From: Calothrix sp. NIES-2098
Lineage (GTDB): Bacteria; Cyanobacteriota; Cyanobacteriia; Cyanobacteriales; Nostocaceae
Direction of reading: 5' to 3'
Assembly (NCBI GenBank): GCA_002368175.1
Contig: AP018172.1
Coordinates: forward strand, 93,599-157,598
DNA length: 64,000 bases
In this document: positions 50,486 to 60,022 of the stretch, one piece after another
How the letters are laid out: each line of letters opens with the position of its first letter
How positions within the stretch are numbered: the first letter of the stretch is position 1
Notes under the pieces: generated by a model
The model's database searches: none
Told to the model about the DNA's origin: nothing
Seen by the model: the letters and a program-made list of their open reading frames with translations, nothing else
Program-made: the position numbers and the translations under genes

Positions 50486-51415
50486 TTAAAACAACCATAG
50501 CCAAATTGGTAATGTAATAAGTAATACTATTACCCCCGCAGCCAAGGCGGTTACAGCCAAGTCGCGATCGAGATTGAAGGTTTCCGCAATTACAAGGGTG
50601 GCAAACGCTGGTGGCATTGCCATTTGTAGTACAATCACCTGTGCGGCTGAACCAGTTACACCAAAAAGTGATAAAGTACTGCCGATCGCTAAGGGAACTA
50701 GTAGCATTTTTATTGCCAAGCTCATACCTACTTGTGGTAAGCTTCTCCATGACTTTAACTGCGACAGTCTCATCCCAATTAATACTAGGGATAAAGCAAC
50801 GGCAATCCAGGCCAATTTATCCAAACAAAATTCAACTATATTAGGGATTTCCACCTGTCGAAACAGTAAGCCAAAACCAAAACTCCATAGGGCAGGATTA
50901 ATAAAGATTGCCTGAGTTATTTGCCAATAATTGCTGGTTTTACGCCCGAAATTGGCTGCTAATGCCACTCCTAAGCCGTAAGCGCCGAAGAGTGTACCTA
51001 ATAAATCATAGAATAAGGCCCAAGCAAAGTATTTTTGTCCTACCATTGCTAGGATGATGGGAAAGCCCAAATAACCGGTATTACCTACCATTGCTGCTAA
51101 AAGCAAACTACCCTGAGTTGGTTTTTGGGGCATGGTATTTGTCAAATAGGCTTGCCCTTGAATTGCCAACCAAGCCAATAATGCCCCTAGGAAAATGGCG
51201 AGGTAAGCGATCGCAGGTGCAATCCAAATGTGCCCAGAAAGGTCAGCTTGGCGTACAAAAGCTATGATGCTGATCGGCCCTCCCACGTAGAAAAGAAACT
51301 GACCTAAACGGGAGGGAACTGTGCTTGGTAGCTTACGTCCCAGAATGAATCCTAATAGGACTAATCCTACTAACTTGACATATAGTTCTAAAAGATTGGT
51401 CAAGATCGCACCCAA
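50486..51415 (-). CDS. AEC-family (auxin efflux carrier-type) membrane transporter.
   Basis: 309 aa and polytopic. The N-terminus MGAILTNLLELYVKLVGLVLLGFILGRKLP and the overall topology match AEC/MleP-type permeases. Confidence 0.75.
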   Translation of the reverse strand: MGAILTNLLELYVKLVGLVLLGFILGRKLPSTVPSRLGQFLFYVGGPISIIAFVRQADLSGHIWIAPAIAYLAIFLGALLAWLAIQGQAYLTNTMPQKPTQGSLLLAAMVGNTGYLGFPIILAMVGQKYFAWALFYDLLGTLFGAYGLGVALAANFGRKTSNYWQITQAIFINPALWSFGFGLLFRQVEIPNIVEFCLDKLAWIAVALSLVLIGMRLSQLKSWRSLPQVGMSLAIKMLLVPLAIGSTLSLFGVTGSAAQVIVLQMAMPPAFATLVIAETFNLDRDLAVTALAAGVIVLLITLPIWLWLF

Positions 51416-51473
51416 AAATATAGAACTAAAATGCTACCGCTTGCGTTTATTTTTTTCCAGTCTACAATCTGTT

Positions 51474-52325
51474 ATGGCTATTGAAAAAAGCAGGAGTGTA
51501 TTCTTGAATAAGGCTGGGTTTTCTGGAGAACCGCAACACTCATCCGCTGCTTCTGGTGATGATATTCCAGCAGCTTTACGCGATACTCCCGACGCAAAAT
51601 CTAAAGTGCGCGTGCAACCTCTAGTTTTGCTGATTGGTGGAGTATTCGCATTTGTCCTGCTTGCTGTCAGTAGTGGCTTTGTCTTTTTTATAATTTCACC
51701 TAAAAAAACTGCTACTTCTCAACCTTCACCAACTGTATCCCCAACACAAACATCAACTTCGGATAGTTCTGCAACCAATAATAGCGATACTGTATTGGGA
51801 CATTTAGCCTATGCAGAAGCGCCAGAATCAGAACTAGCTGTAGTTTCTCGCAGAAGTGGGATTAGAATGCGAAAAGCTGCTGCTGAAAAATTTCAAGAGA
51901 TGGTAAAAGCAGCACGCAGAGACGGTGTAATTATAGTGCCAATTTCTGGCTTTCGTTCGGTGAAAGAACAAGAGCAGTTATTTTTTAATGTAGGTGCGCA
52001 GCGAAATCAAACTCCAGCGCAAAGAGCAGCGTTGAGTGCGCCTCCCGGTCATAGCGAACATCATACAGGCTATGCGGTAGATGTAGGTGATGGAGCAGTA
52101 CCAGCAACGAATCTCCAAGCTAACTTTGAAAATACCAAGGCTTCTCAGTGGTTACAAGCAAATGCTGCTCGTTTTAGTTTTGAGATGTCCTTTCCCAAAG
52201 ATAACGCTCAAGGTGTCAGTTATGAACCTTGGCACTGGCGTTTTGTAGGCGATCGCGATAGCCTGGAAACTTTCTATAAAGCCAAAAATTTAAAACCTAC
52301 TCCCCTACCCCAATCAACGCCCTAA
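51474..52325 (+). CDS. D-alanyl-D-alanine carboxypeptidase (peptidase M15B, VanY-like).
   Basis: Zn-ligand motifs SEHHTGYAVDV and EPWHWRF. A TM anchor is followed by a Ser/Thr/Pro linker. Start set to the internal ATG at 51474 to avoid overlap with the convergent AEC gene; the ORF track extends it to 51321. Confidence 0.7.
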   Translation: MAIEKSRSVFLNKAGFSGEPQHSSAASGDDIPAALRDTPDAKSKVRVQPLVLLIGGVFAFVLLAVSSGFVFFIISPKKTATSQPSPTVSPTQTSTSDSSATNNSDTVLGHLAYAEAPESELAVVSRRSGIRMRKAAAEKFQEMVKAARRDGVIIVPISGFRSVKEQEQLFFNVGAQRNQTPAQRAALSAPPGHSEHHTGYAVDVGDGAVPATNLQANFENTKASQWLQANAARFSFEMSFPKDNAQGVSYEPWHWRFVGDRDSLETFYKAKNLKPTPLPQSTP

Positions 52326-52956
52326 TAATGTTGCTAGGGAATTTAAAAAATATTTTGGTAAATATATTGCCAACTTAATTATCAAAATAAATACAGAGTA
52401 AAATATGCTTTTTACTCTGTGTCTACCTATGTATCTGCACCCTTAATATTTTTGATGCCCTTTGCTTTATATCTAATAATTTATCTTTAATTATTAAAAC
52501 TCTCATCTATCTTACGGCTGGTTTAAAAATATGTGAGCTTTCATTAAGATTCTATCTTTTTGTAGTGGTTGAAACTGAGTAATAATCCCCAATATTTAGA
52601 GAAAGATTTGACACAAGTTAAACTTTTGACCAGGTAGAATTTAATACAATCTCAGATAAAATTTATACTTTTTAAAGTAGTAAAAGTGTTATATTTTTAT
52701 CAGAAAAAATCGCAAAATTATTGTAATGTTCAAGGTAAGTACGTTACCAAATAATGGTTTGCAGTTTAATATTATTTATATTCAGATACAAGTTGAAAAC
52801 TTTAAATAGTATAAAATACTTAGGAGCGATCGCACTCCTAACTCAGCAATTGTGACAAGAGAAAACTAACAATTGGCAACACAGAATAAATTTTCACTCT
52901 CTAGCTAGGTACATTTAAACAAAACGGGAACAGGTAACGTTCCCGTTGTTCAACTC

Positions 52957-53349
52957 CTAGGTCTTAAATTGTTCATCCACAGGAATTTTATAACCATCGG
53001 CAAGGCGATTAGTTGTGTTCGCAGTAGCAACGATCGCCAAGAGTTCGCCAAACATAGTATCGCTCATCCCCTTAGCACGTGCTGATGCCGTGTGTGAGGC
53101 AATACAGTAATCACAGCCATTCGTTACACTCACGGCGATGTAAATAAGTTCGCGCATTAGCGGATCGATCTCGCCAGGACTAGTCATCACTTCCTTGACT
53201 GCTTGCCAAGTGCGTTGCAGAGTCGGCGGATGGTTGGCGATCGCTTTCCAAAAATTGTTGATATAGTCAGTCTGGCGCGTGGCGCGGATGTCGTCATATA
53301 CCGCGCGGACTTCATCGCTAGCTTGTTCGTATTCGATGAGATTTGTCAT
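52957..53349 (-). CDS. Carboxymuconolactone decarboxylase-family (AhpD-like) protein.
   Basis: CxxxH motif in NGCDYCIASHT in a 130-aa protein. The start codon overlaps a TTTGTCA repeat array. Confidence 0.8.
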   Translation of the reverse strand: MTNLIEYEQASDEVRAVYDDIRATRQTDYINNFWKAIANHPPTLQRTWQAVKEVMTSPGEIDPLMRELIYIAVSVTNGCDYCIASHTASARAKGMSDTMFGELLAIVATANTTNRLADGYKIPVDEQFKT

Positions 53350-53375
53350 TTGTCATTTGTCATTTGTCATTTGTT
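53342..53375. repeat. STRR heptanucleotide tandem repeat (TTTGTCA, about 5 copies) straddling the start codon of the AhpD-like gene.
   Basis: tttgtcatttgtcatttgtcatttgtcatttgtt. The reverse complement gives ATG-ACA-AAT (MTN) for 52957-53349. Confidence 0.8.
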
Positions 53376-53583
53376 CTTCTCTCCCCTTCGGGTGACGCTC
53401 CTTCTCCCAAGGGGAGACGCTTCGCGAACGTCGCTCTAAGCGAAGCTATGCCGAAGGCTTTACGCTACGCTAACGCCAGTCGCCTGCGGAGGAGCCACTG
53501 CGTTGGGCGGGTTCCCCGACTTGTAGCAAGTGGCGTTGGAAACCCTCCCGCAGCGCTGGTCTCACCTCATCCCCCCACACTCC

Positions 53584-55500
53584 CTATCTAGCGCCTAAAA
53601 CTGAGCGATAGCGACCGAGAGCGATTAAGGGGAAATACTGTTGATAGAGGTGATATTTCAGATAGAAATGGCAGGGAAAGCCTGTACCTGTAAAGTACGC
53701 CTCGAACCAAGTACCATCTGACTTTTGGGTTGCTAAAAGGTAGCTAATTCCTTTTTCAATGGCATCACGAGCAAATTTGCCTGTGGCTTCACCTGCGGCG
53801 ATTAGGCCAATTAAAGCCCAAGCTGTTTGGGAGGCTGTACTATTTCCTTGCCCTTTAAGGCTAGGATCGTTATATGTGAAGCAAGTTTCACCCCAACCAC
53901 CGTCAGAATTTTGGCAGCTAACTAGCCAAGCTGCTCCCCGTTCGATACTCTTTTGCTGAGTTTGCGGCGCAACTAAGGCTAAAGCTGAGAGAACGCCACT
54001 AGTACCATAAATATAATTTACTCCCCAACGACCAAACCAACAGCCTTCGGGTTCTTGTTCGCCCAGAAGATAAGCGATCGCTCTCTCAAAGTTATGGTTA
54101 TCTATTGAGAGGTTACAAGCACCAAGCATTTCTAATACCCTGGCTGTGACATCTGCTGTATTTGGGTCAATCATGGCTTTCAGATCGCCATAGGGCACGG
54201 AATTAAGCCAATCTTGGTCGTTATCTAGGTCAAAGGCTGCCCAACCGCCTGGTTTACACTGCATGGTCGCAATCCAGTTTAAAGCGCGGGCGATCGCAGC
54301 TTGCTTTAATTTTTCATTAGGGAGTTTCGCTTGATGTAGCGCCATGACTACAACAGCAGAATCGTCTACATCTGGGTAAAAGCGATTGTCAAATTCAAAT
54401 GCCCAAGCACCGGGTTTTCCTTGGTGATTTTTAACATTCCAATCACCATAATCGAGTATTTGCTTGTCGATTAACCATTCTCCCGCCTGTACTACAGCCG
54501 GATGATCGGGCGCAATGCCAGAATCTATTAAGGCACGAATTCCCCAGGCTGTATCCCAAACTGGTGAAACACATGGCTGAACGCAGTAGCTATCTTCAGT
54601 TTCAATCGCAAAGTTATCGACTGCTTTTAATCCCCGTTCCACAATCGGGTCGGCTGGGTCGTAACCCAGACAGCGCAAAGCTAACAGGGAATTCAGCATC
54701 GCCGGAATAATTCCACCCCAGTCGCCTGTAGCTTCTTGCCGTTCTAATATCCATTTTTCAGCCGCTTTAATACCTTCTTCGCGGAAAGGAACTAAATTTA
54801 AGCTTTCTGCTAACTTAAAACCTTGGTCGAGGGTGATAAATAAATCTGTCCAATTGCCACTCCGAGGTAATTCCCATTGAACGCGATCGCGTCCTTCCGC
54901 ATACAGTTCGTCTAACGTAATCGCTGGATCAATCTGAAAAATCGGTTTACTGTTACAGACAATCAACAGCGGTACAGTACTCGATCTCGCCCAACTCGAC
55001 ATTTCATAGATGTTGAAGGGAAAAGCATTGGGCAAAAGCATAATCCAGGGCGGTAGCGAGGGGATACCGCGCCAGTCGTAGCATCCAATTAGGGCTAGGT
55101 GTAATTTAGTAAAGATACGAGTTTTACTAATACCGCCGCGTTCGAGAATAAAAGCTTTGGCTTTGAGCATCGCTGGATCGGTTGCTGGTACGCCTAGGAG
55201 TTTCAAAGCCATGTACGCTTCCACCGAGGTACTCAGTTCTCCCCCATCCCCATAGAACAGTTCCCAACCTCCATGCTGGCGTTGTTGATTGCGCAGGTAG
55301 GTTTCAACTTTGTGTAGCGGTCTGGTGCTATCTGTTCCCCAAATTTTATGCAGGAGGACAGCTTCAGCAGTAATAGTGACATTAGATTCTAACTCTGCCC
55401 ACCAGTAACCCGCCGGATTTTGAATTGATAGCAGATAATTTTGGCTGGCTGCGATCGCCGCTGCGACTTGATTGACTGTTACCCTGTCTTGAGTTTGCAT
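53584..55500 (-). CDS. shc: Squalene-hopene cyclase.
   Basis: The DXDD motif (DVDDSAVVVMAL) and multiple QW motifs (QNPAGYWW, QHGGWELFYG, DGGWGE, GTWFEAY) are present. Length is 638 aa. Confidence 0.9.
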   Translation of the reverse strand: MQTQDRVTVNQVAAAIAASQNYLLSIQNPAGYWWAELESNVTITAEAVLLHKIWGTDSTRPLHKVETYLRNQQRQHGGWELFYGDGGELSTSVEAYMALKLLGVPATDPAMLKAKAFILERGGISKTRIFTKLHLALIGCYDWRGIPSLPPWIMLLPNAFPFNIYEMSSWARSSTVPLLIVCNSKPIFQIDPAITLDELYAEGRDRVQWELPRSGNWTDLFITLDQGFKLAESLNLVPFREEGIKAAEKWILERQEATGDWGGIIPAMLNSLLALRCLGYDPADPIVERGLKAVDNFAIETEDSYCVQPCVSPVWDTAWGIRALIDSGIAPDHPAVVQAGEWLIDKQILDYGDWNVKNHQGKPGAWAFEFDNRFYPDVDDSAVVVMALHQAKLPNEKLKQAAIARALNWIATMQCKPGGWAAFDLDNDQDWLNSVPYGDLKAMIDPNTADVTARVLEMLGACNLSIDNHNFERAIAYLLGEQEPEGCWFGRWGVNYIYGTSGVLSALALVAPQTQQKSIERGAAWLVSCQNSDGGWGETCFTYNDPSLKGQGNSTASQTAWALIGLIAAGEATGKFARDAIEKGISYLLATQKSDGTWFEAYFTGTGFPCHFYLKYHLYQQYFPLIALGRYRSVLGAR

Positions 55501-55600
55501 CAGATACTATTTCACCTCAACACCACAACGGTGAAAAATATTTTCCCATAATCAGCAGACATAGTATTCTGTCTGAGACACTGAGAATGGGCAACAGGTC

Positions 55601-56797
55601 ATGGTGGCATTTGTATTAGTACTCACAGTTTTATCTTTATTGATTTGGATAGGATTACTGAGTTTTCGCGGGCAGTTTTGGCGATCTGACCAGAAATTAG
55701 AAGCAAAAGAAATACCCTTAACATCTTTGCCGAGAATTTGTGTAGTAATTCCGGCGCGTAACGAAGCCGATATGCTGCCAATCACCTTGCGATCGCTTTT
55801 ATTACAAGACTATCCTGGTGATTTTAACGTTGTTTTGATAGACGATCGCAGCACCGACGGTACAGCCGATTTTGCCCAAGGAGTTGCTTGCGCTTTAAAT
55901 AAACCCGAAAAATTGCATATTATCTCCGGCAAATCTTTACCTCCCGGTTGGAGTGGTAAACTCTGGGCTGTTGAACAAGGTATTCAAATAGCTACTGAGT
56001 TTACACCTGATTATTTTTTACTTACAGATGCAGATATTGAACATGACTTGAGCAGTATTCGCCGACTAGTAGCAAAAGCTGAACAAGAAGATTTAGACCT
56101 AGTTTCGGTGATGGTACGACTCAGATGCGAAACTTTTTGGGAAAAACTTTTGATTCCGGCTTTTGTGTTTTTCTTTCAAAAACTCTATCCTTTTCGCTGG
56201 GTTAATCATGCCAAAAACCCTACCGCCGCCGCTGCTGGTGGATCTATTTTAATTCGCAAACCAGCCCTTGAGCGTATTGGTGGCATTGCAGCAATTCGCC
56301 AAGCTTTAATTGATGATTGCGCCTTAGCCAAAGCTGTCAAGTTAGGCGCAAATGGCAGAGGAAACATTTGGCTGGGATTAAGTACTTTAACTCGGAGTTT
56401 ACGTCCTTATACCACCCTAGACACAGTATGGGATATGGTGGCGCGTACTGCTTACACCCAACTAAATTATTCGCCGTTGCTATTAGTTGGCACAGTCGTA
56501 GCAATGACTGTAATTTATTTAATTCCACCTGTAGCTACTATCTTAGGCAGTTTAACGGGCAATTGGGCGATGTCTGGCGACAAGACGCCTTGCGTCTACG
56601 CGCTTGTCGGTTTATCAGCTTGGTTGTTAATGACCTTAGCTTACTTTCCCACTATCCGCTTTTATAAATGTCCTGCTTGGCTAGCTTTTTGTTTACCTGC
56701 GATCGCTTTTCTTTATACATTAATGACCATAGATTCAGCTATCCGTCATTGGCAAGGACGCGGTGGTGCTTGGAAAGGGCGAGTTTACCCAGGATAG
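55601..56797 (+). CDS. hpnB: Hopanoid-biosynthesis-associated family 2 glycosyltransferase (HpnB-like).
   Basis: GT-A motifs: CVVIPARNEAD, VVLIDDRSTDGT, and TDADIEHD (DXD). Multiple C-terminal TM helices. Divergent from shc. Confidence 0.65.
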   Translation: MVAFVLVLTVLSLLIWIGLLSFRGQFWRSDQKLEAKEIPLTSLPRICVVIPARNEADMLPITLRSLLLQDYPGDFNVVLIDDRSTDGTADFAQGVACALNKPEKLHIISGKSLPPGWSGKLWAVEQGIQIATEFTPDYFLLTDADIEHDLSSIRRLVAKAEQEDLDLVSVMVRLRCETFWEKLLIPAFVFFFQKLYPFRWVNHAKNPTAAAAGGSILIRKPALERIGGIAAIRQALIDDCALAKAVKLGANGRGNIWLGLSTLTRSLRPYTTLDTVWDMVARTAYTQLNYSPLLLVGTVVAMTVIYLIPPVATILGSLTGNWAMSGDKTPCVYALVGLSAWLLMTLAYFPTIRFYKCPAWLAFCLPAIAFLYTLMTIDSAIRHWQGRGGAWKGRVYPG

Positions 56798-56976
56798 ATC
56801 GCGGCTCGTAGTTGCGCTTTAGCGCTAAAGCAAACAAGTGATGATTATTTGCACCGACTTACTTATTGGCGTGGTTTAGTAATCAATCTTCAGAGTGGAC
56901 AATTAGCCTTGAAATCGCTTATTACAGATGCATTCGGCTAAATCCTTTGTATCAAAATTAGCAAAAGCTCTGGAGA

Positions 56977-58071
56977 TTGATAGTGAAAACTACTCAGGAA
57001 GATGTCCCAATTAAATCGCGTCTGAGAGCGTTAGATGTTACAAAGGGATTCGTGATGATCGCGATGGCTACTCGCCATTGCGCTTTTTTCTTTTCTGCTA
57101 ATTTACTGCAAATACCATTCAATGTATTTGACCCCTATGTATTTTCTACATTCTTGCTATGTTTTGGTATTGGCAATGGACTGTCACGCCGTGCCAAAAA
57201 ACCGACAGTATTAGGTAAACTCTTATTTGTGTATTTGATTGGTGGATTACCAAGCGCAGTTGTTACTTACCTTTTAAAGCATAAAGAGGCGAGTATCAGC
57301 ATGGTTCCCACTATAGCCACTGACCAACTGATTAATGCAATCACGCTACAAAATCGACTTACTTACGCTGACTTCCTTGTACCTTTCATCGTAGCTTTTG
57401 CCTTTTTTTTAGGACTGCAATCTTTATTCCAAAAATTTAATCGCCTCACGTTAGCTACAGCCCTAGGAATTTCCTCAATTTTCTATATTTCTGGCTATGT
57501 TTTGACTCAAATAGCTCCCAACTCATTTTTCAAAGATTTTTACAGTCAAGGATTTCGCTGTCTGCAAAGTATACCAATATTTATTACAGGTATTTGTTTA
57601 GGTCTATTCCTGCGCGAAAAAGGTAAAATGCCAGTTTTGAAGCCGCAGATATGGGCATTGATTACTCTAACCTTTTTCGGTCTCATCGTGGTTGCGGATT
57701 GGCAGTTTCAACACCAGATGTACAATGGTAGATTGTGGAAAAAAAGCGGAGAATTAAGTTATTTGCTGATTAGTACTACCGTTTCCATTCTCTTGTTATT
57801 TGTCGTTGAAGGAATTATTAAATCGGGTTTTTTAGAAAAGCAGCTTTCTCTCCTCATAGATTTCTTAGAAAAGATCGGCGAGAGAACAATGCGATGTTTG
57901 TGGATACAGTTTTTGCTATTTCCCATAGCAGGTTATCTTGTTTCTCTTAATTTCGTTCATCCAGTTAACTTCATACTCAGCCTAGCTGTAATTGGTCTTA
58001 TGTGCTGGCTAACAGTGGACGATCGGCTATATAAAATATTATCTAGTAGGTTAGAAAATAAAAAAAATTGA
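56977..58071 (+). CDS. Polytopic membrane protein, acyltransferase-3/DUF1624-like.
   Basis: The N-terminal RLRALDVTKGFVMIAMATRH resembles the R-x-LD-x-RG-x(n)-H motif of membrane acyltransferase_3/DUF1624 proteins. About 10 TM helices. Confidence 0.4.
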   Translation: MIVKTTQEDVPIKSRLRALDVTKGFVMIAMATRHCAFFFSANLLQIPFNVFDPYVFSTFLLCFGIGNGLSRRAKKPTVLGKLLFVYLIGGLPSAVVTYLLKHKEASISMVPTIATDQLINAITLQNRLTYADFLVPFIVAFAFFLGLQSLFQKFNRLTLATALGISSIFYISGYVLTQIAPNSFFKDFYSQGFRCLQSIPIFITGICLGLFLREKGKMPVLKPQIWALITLTFFGLIVVADWQFQHQMYNGRLWKKSGELSYLLISTTVSILLLFVVEGIIKSGFLEKQLSLLIDFLEKIGERTMRCLWIQFLLFPIAGYLVSLNFVHPVNFILSLAVIGLMCWLTVDDRLYKILSSRLENKKN

Positions 58072-58081
58072 ATTGCACTTA

Positions 58082-58774
58082 TTAACTAGAAAATAATAAC
58101 GCGGTGACTTCTTCCAATGTTTTCAATGCTTGTAAGGAACCTCTAATTAAACGGGTAGCAGCAATAGGCTGTCGAAGTAATGTTAATGCTAAGGGTAAAG
58201 GCTTCAAGGAACCATCAGGACTGATTGCTGATGTTATGTCGGGGATATCATGCTGACAATCATCGCTGACTACACGCAACATTGCTACTGATACTCCCAT
58301 CACACTGAAAAACTCTAAAGCAGCAAATCCTTCCATATCTACAACATCAGTCCCAGACATTGCCGCAAGCTGGCGTTTTTCTGCTGCGGAACAAACTACG
58401 CGATCGCTTGTTAGTCCCTTCACCAAATTTGGTGCTAAGTTTTGAGTATTCAGTGCTGAGTATAACTGTGCTGTAAAAGTGCTATTGCACTCACGCATAT
58501 TCCCCTGATAAACACAGTTTTCATACAACACGATTTTTCCCACAGGGTAGCTGGGGGATAAACTACCACACAAACCCATCACCAGCACTCTCGCCTGTGG
58601 TTGATTCAGCAACCGCCCATCTTGTTGCAATTTGTGCAGATATGCGCCTAGAGCTTTTACACCCACAGGAATAGGAATTACAGTTGTATTTAAGCTAGCG
58701 ACACGGCTTAAGCCACGACACACAGCTTTGTACTCTGCGCCTTGGGGTACAAGAATTAGTTGGTCATTGGTCAT
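58082..58774 (-). CDS. hpnG: Hopanoid-associated phosphorylase HpnG (PNP/UDP/MTA-nucleosidase family).
   Basis: LILVPQGAEYKAV...RVLVMGLCGSLSP...TDVVDMEGFAALEF matches nucleoside phosphorylase family 1 in a hop cluster context. The start MTNDQ is built from TTGGTCA repeats. Confidence 0.7.
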   Translation of the reverse strand: MTNDQLILVPQGAEYKAVCRGLSRVASLNTTVIPIPVGVKALGAYLHKLQQDGRLLNQPQARVLVMGLCGSLSPSYPVGKIVLYENCVYQGNMRECNSTFTAQLYSALNTQNLAPNLVKGLTSDRVVCSAAEKRQLAAMSGTDVVDMEGFAALEFFSVMGVSVAMLRVVSDDCQHDIPDITSAISPDGSLKPLPLALTLLRQPIAATRLIRGSLQALKTLEEVTALLFSS

Positions 58775-59030
58775 TGGTCATTTGTTATTGGTCAAGCTCA
58801 AACTTTCAGGTTCAAACTTTCAGGTTCAAAGGCTCATTAATAGAGCAAAAAGCCTCCTTAATGGAGTTATTACCCTCATTAATGGAGCAAAAAGCCTCAT
58901 TCACGGAGCTATTAACCTCGTTCACGGAGCAAAAAGCCTCATAAGTTTACAACGCAGTTTCTCCCTTGTCCCATTTCTCCCCACACTCCCCACACTCCCC
59001 ACACTCCTCACCTTCCCCACACTCCCTCTA
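58760..59030. repeat. Composite repeat block: a TTGGTCA heptamer array (58760-58794), a 15-mer direct repeat, an ~30-bp repeat family (ctcattaatggagcaaaaagcctc, about 3 copies) and a CCCCACACT 9-mer array (58975-59030).
   Basis: Read directly from the sequence. The ORF 58632-59078 across it is a repeat artefact. Confidence 0.75.
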
Positions 59031-59870
59031 TACAGTTTGAGGCTCGCGCCTGCGAGGTATCAATTGGAGAGTGCGTAACGCAATACTAGCAAGCTTGGGC
59101 ATTAATTCTGGATTGAGCAGTCGGGAATCATACTTACTCATCCGATGATGATTTTCTTGAATACAGACGGCGAGAAACTTTTCTAATGTCAAGTCGTCGG
59201 TGAAAGTGCTAGCGCCAGTAGCAGTAAAACCAGTACCACTGGGATCGGCATCGCCAAAGGCGGTAATTAAATTACTCAGTGCTTTGCCGTAATACCAAAG
59301 AGTTCTAACGATCCGCAGAGGTAAAAGTCCTTGACCGCGATTAATTTGGATGTAGGTAAACCAATTGACAAAAAATACAATATGCCGTGCTTCTTCGTCC
59401 AAAATTGGATCGAAGATTGTGAAGAGTGGTTCAGGAAATACTTTAGCGTCACGGGCAATACCAAATAGCCCAAAGGCAAAGAAGGAATCTAAGCATTCTT
59501 CAAAACCAAAGGTTGTGAAGGCTGGCTCAATCTTTGGTGGTAGTTCTACAGGACGGCGTTCCGGCATTTCGATGCCATAGCGATCAATGAGTGTTTTGAT
59601 AAGACGGGCGTGGCGCGATTCTTCTCTACCTTGGAGAGCGATTGCTTCATGTAACAGGGGATCTGTCACAGTGGTTGCATAACTACTCACCATTGCGCCA
59701 GCTTCCCGTTCGATATCGAAAGCTTTCTCCCAAAAGGGAATAGCCCGCAATCGAGCTAGATCGGCATCATTCAAATCCGGCCAGGGTAGATGCTCCGGCT
59801 CATATTCTAAGTGGCTATCTAAAAAGCTGCGGCAGAATAATTCCTTGTGTTCAATAGAGCCAACTTTCAT
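59028..59870 (-). CDS. Ferritin-like diiron-carboxylate protein (AurF/desaturase-like fold).
   Basis: Two E-x(2)-H motifs about 90 aa apart (REESRHARLI and DEEARHIVFF), plus upstream Glu residues, fit a four-helix-bundle diiron site. Confidence 0.5.
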   Translation of the reverse strand: MKVGSIEHKELFCRSFLDSHLEYEPEHLPWPDLNDADLARLRAIPFWEKAFDIEREAGAMVSSYATTVTDPLLHEAIALQGREESRHARLIKTLIDRYGIEMPERRPVELPPKIEPAFTTFGFEECLDSFFAFGLFGIARDAKVFPEPLFTIFDPILDEEARHIVFFVNWFTYIQINRGQGLLPLRIVRTLWYYGKALSNLITAFGDADPSGTGFTATGASTFTDDLTLEKFLAVCIQENHHRMSKYDSRLLNPELMPKLASIALRTLQLIPRRREPQTV

Positions 59871-60022
59871 TACTCAAGTTCCATGTTGTAGAAAAAATTG
59901 AGTCATACCAAGGACAGAACATTCAGCAATTTTGCTGATTGGGGAGTACCCGAACTCGCAAACTTCAAGTGATTACTGTAGCATGACTAATAATTGTGTC
60001 ACCCGCACGATGATTTTCCAAG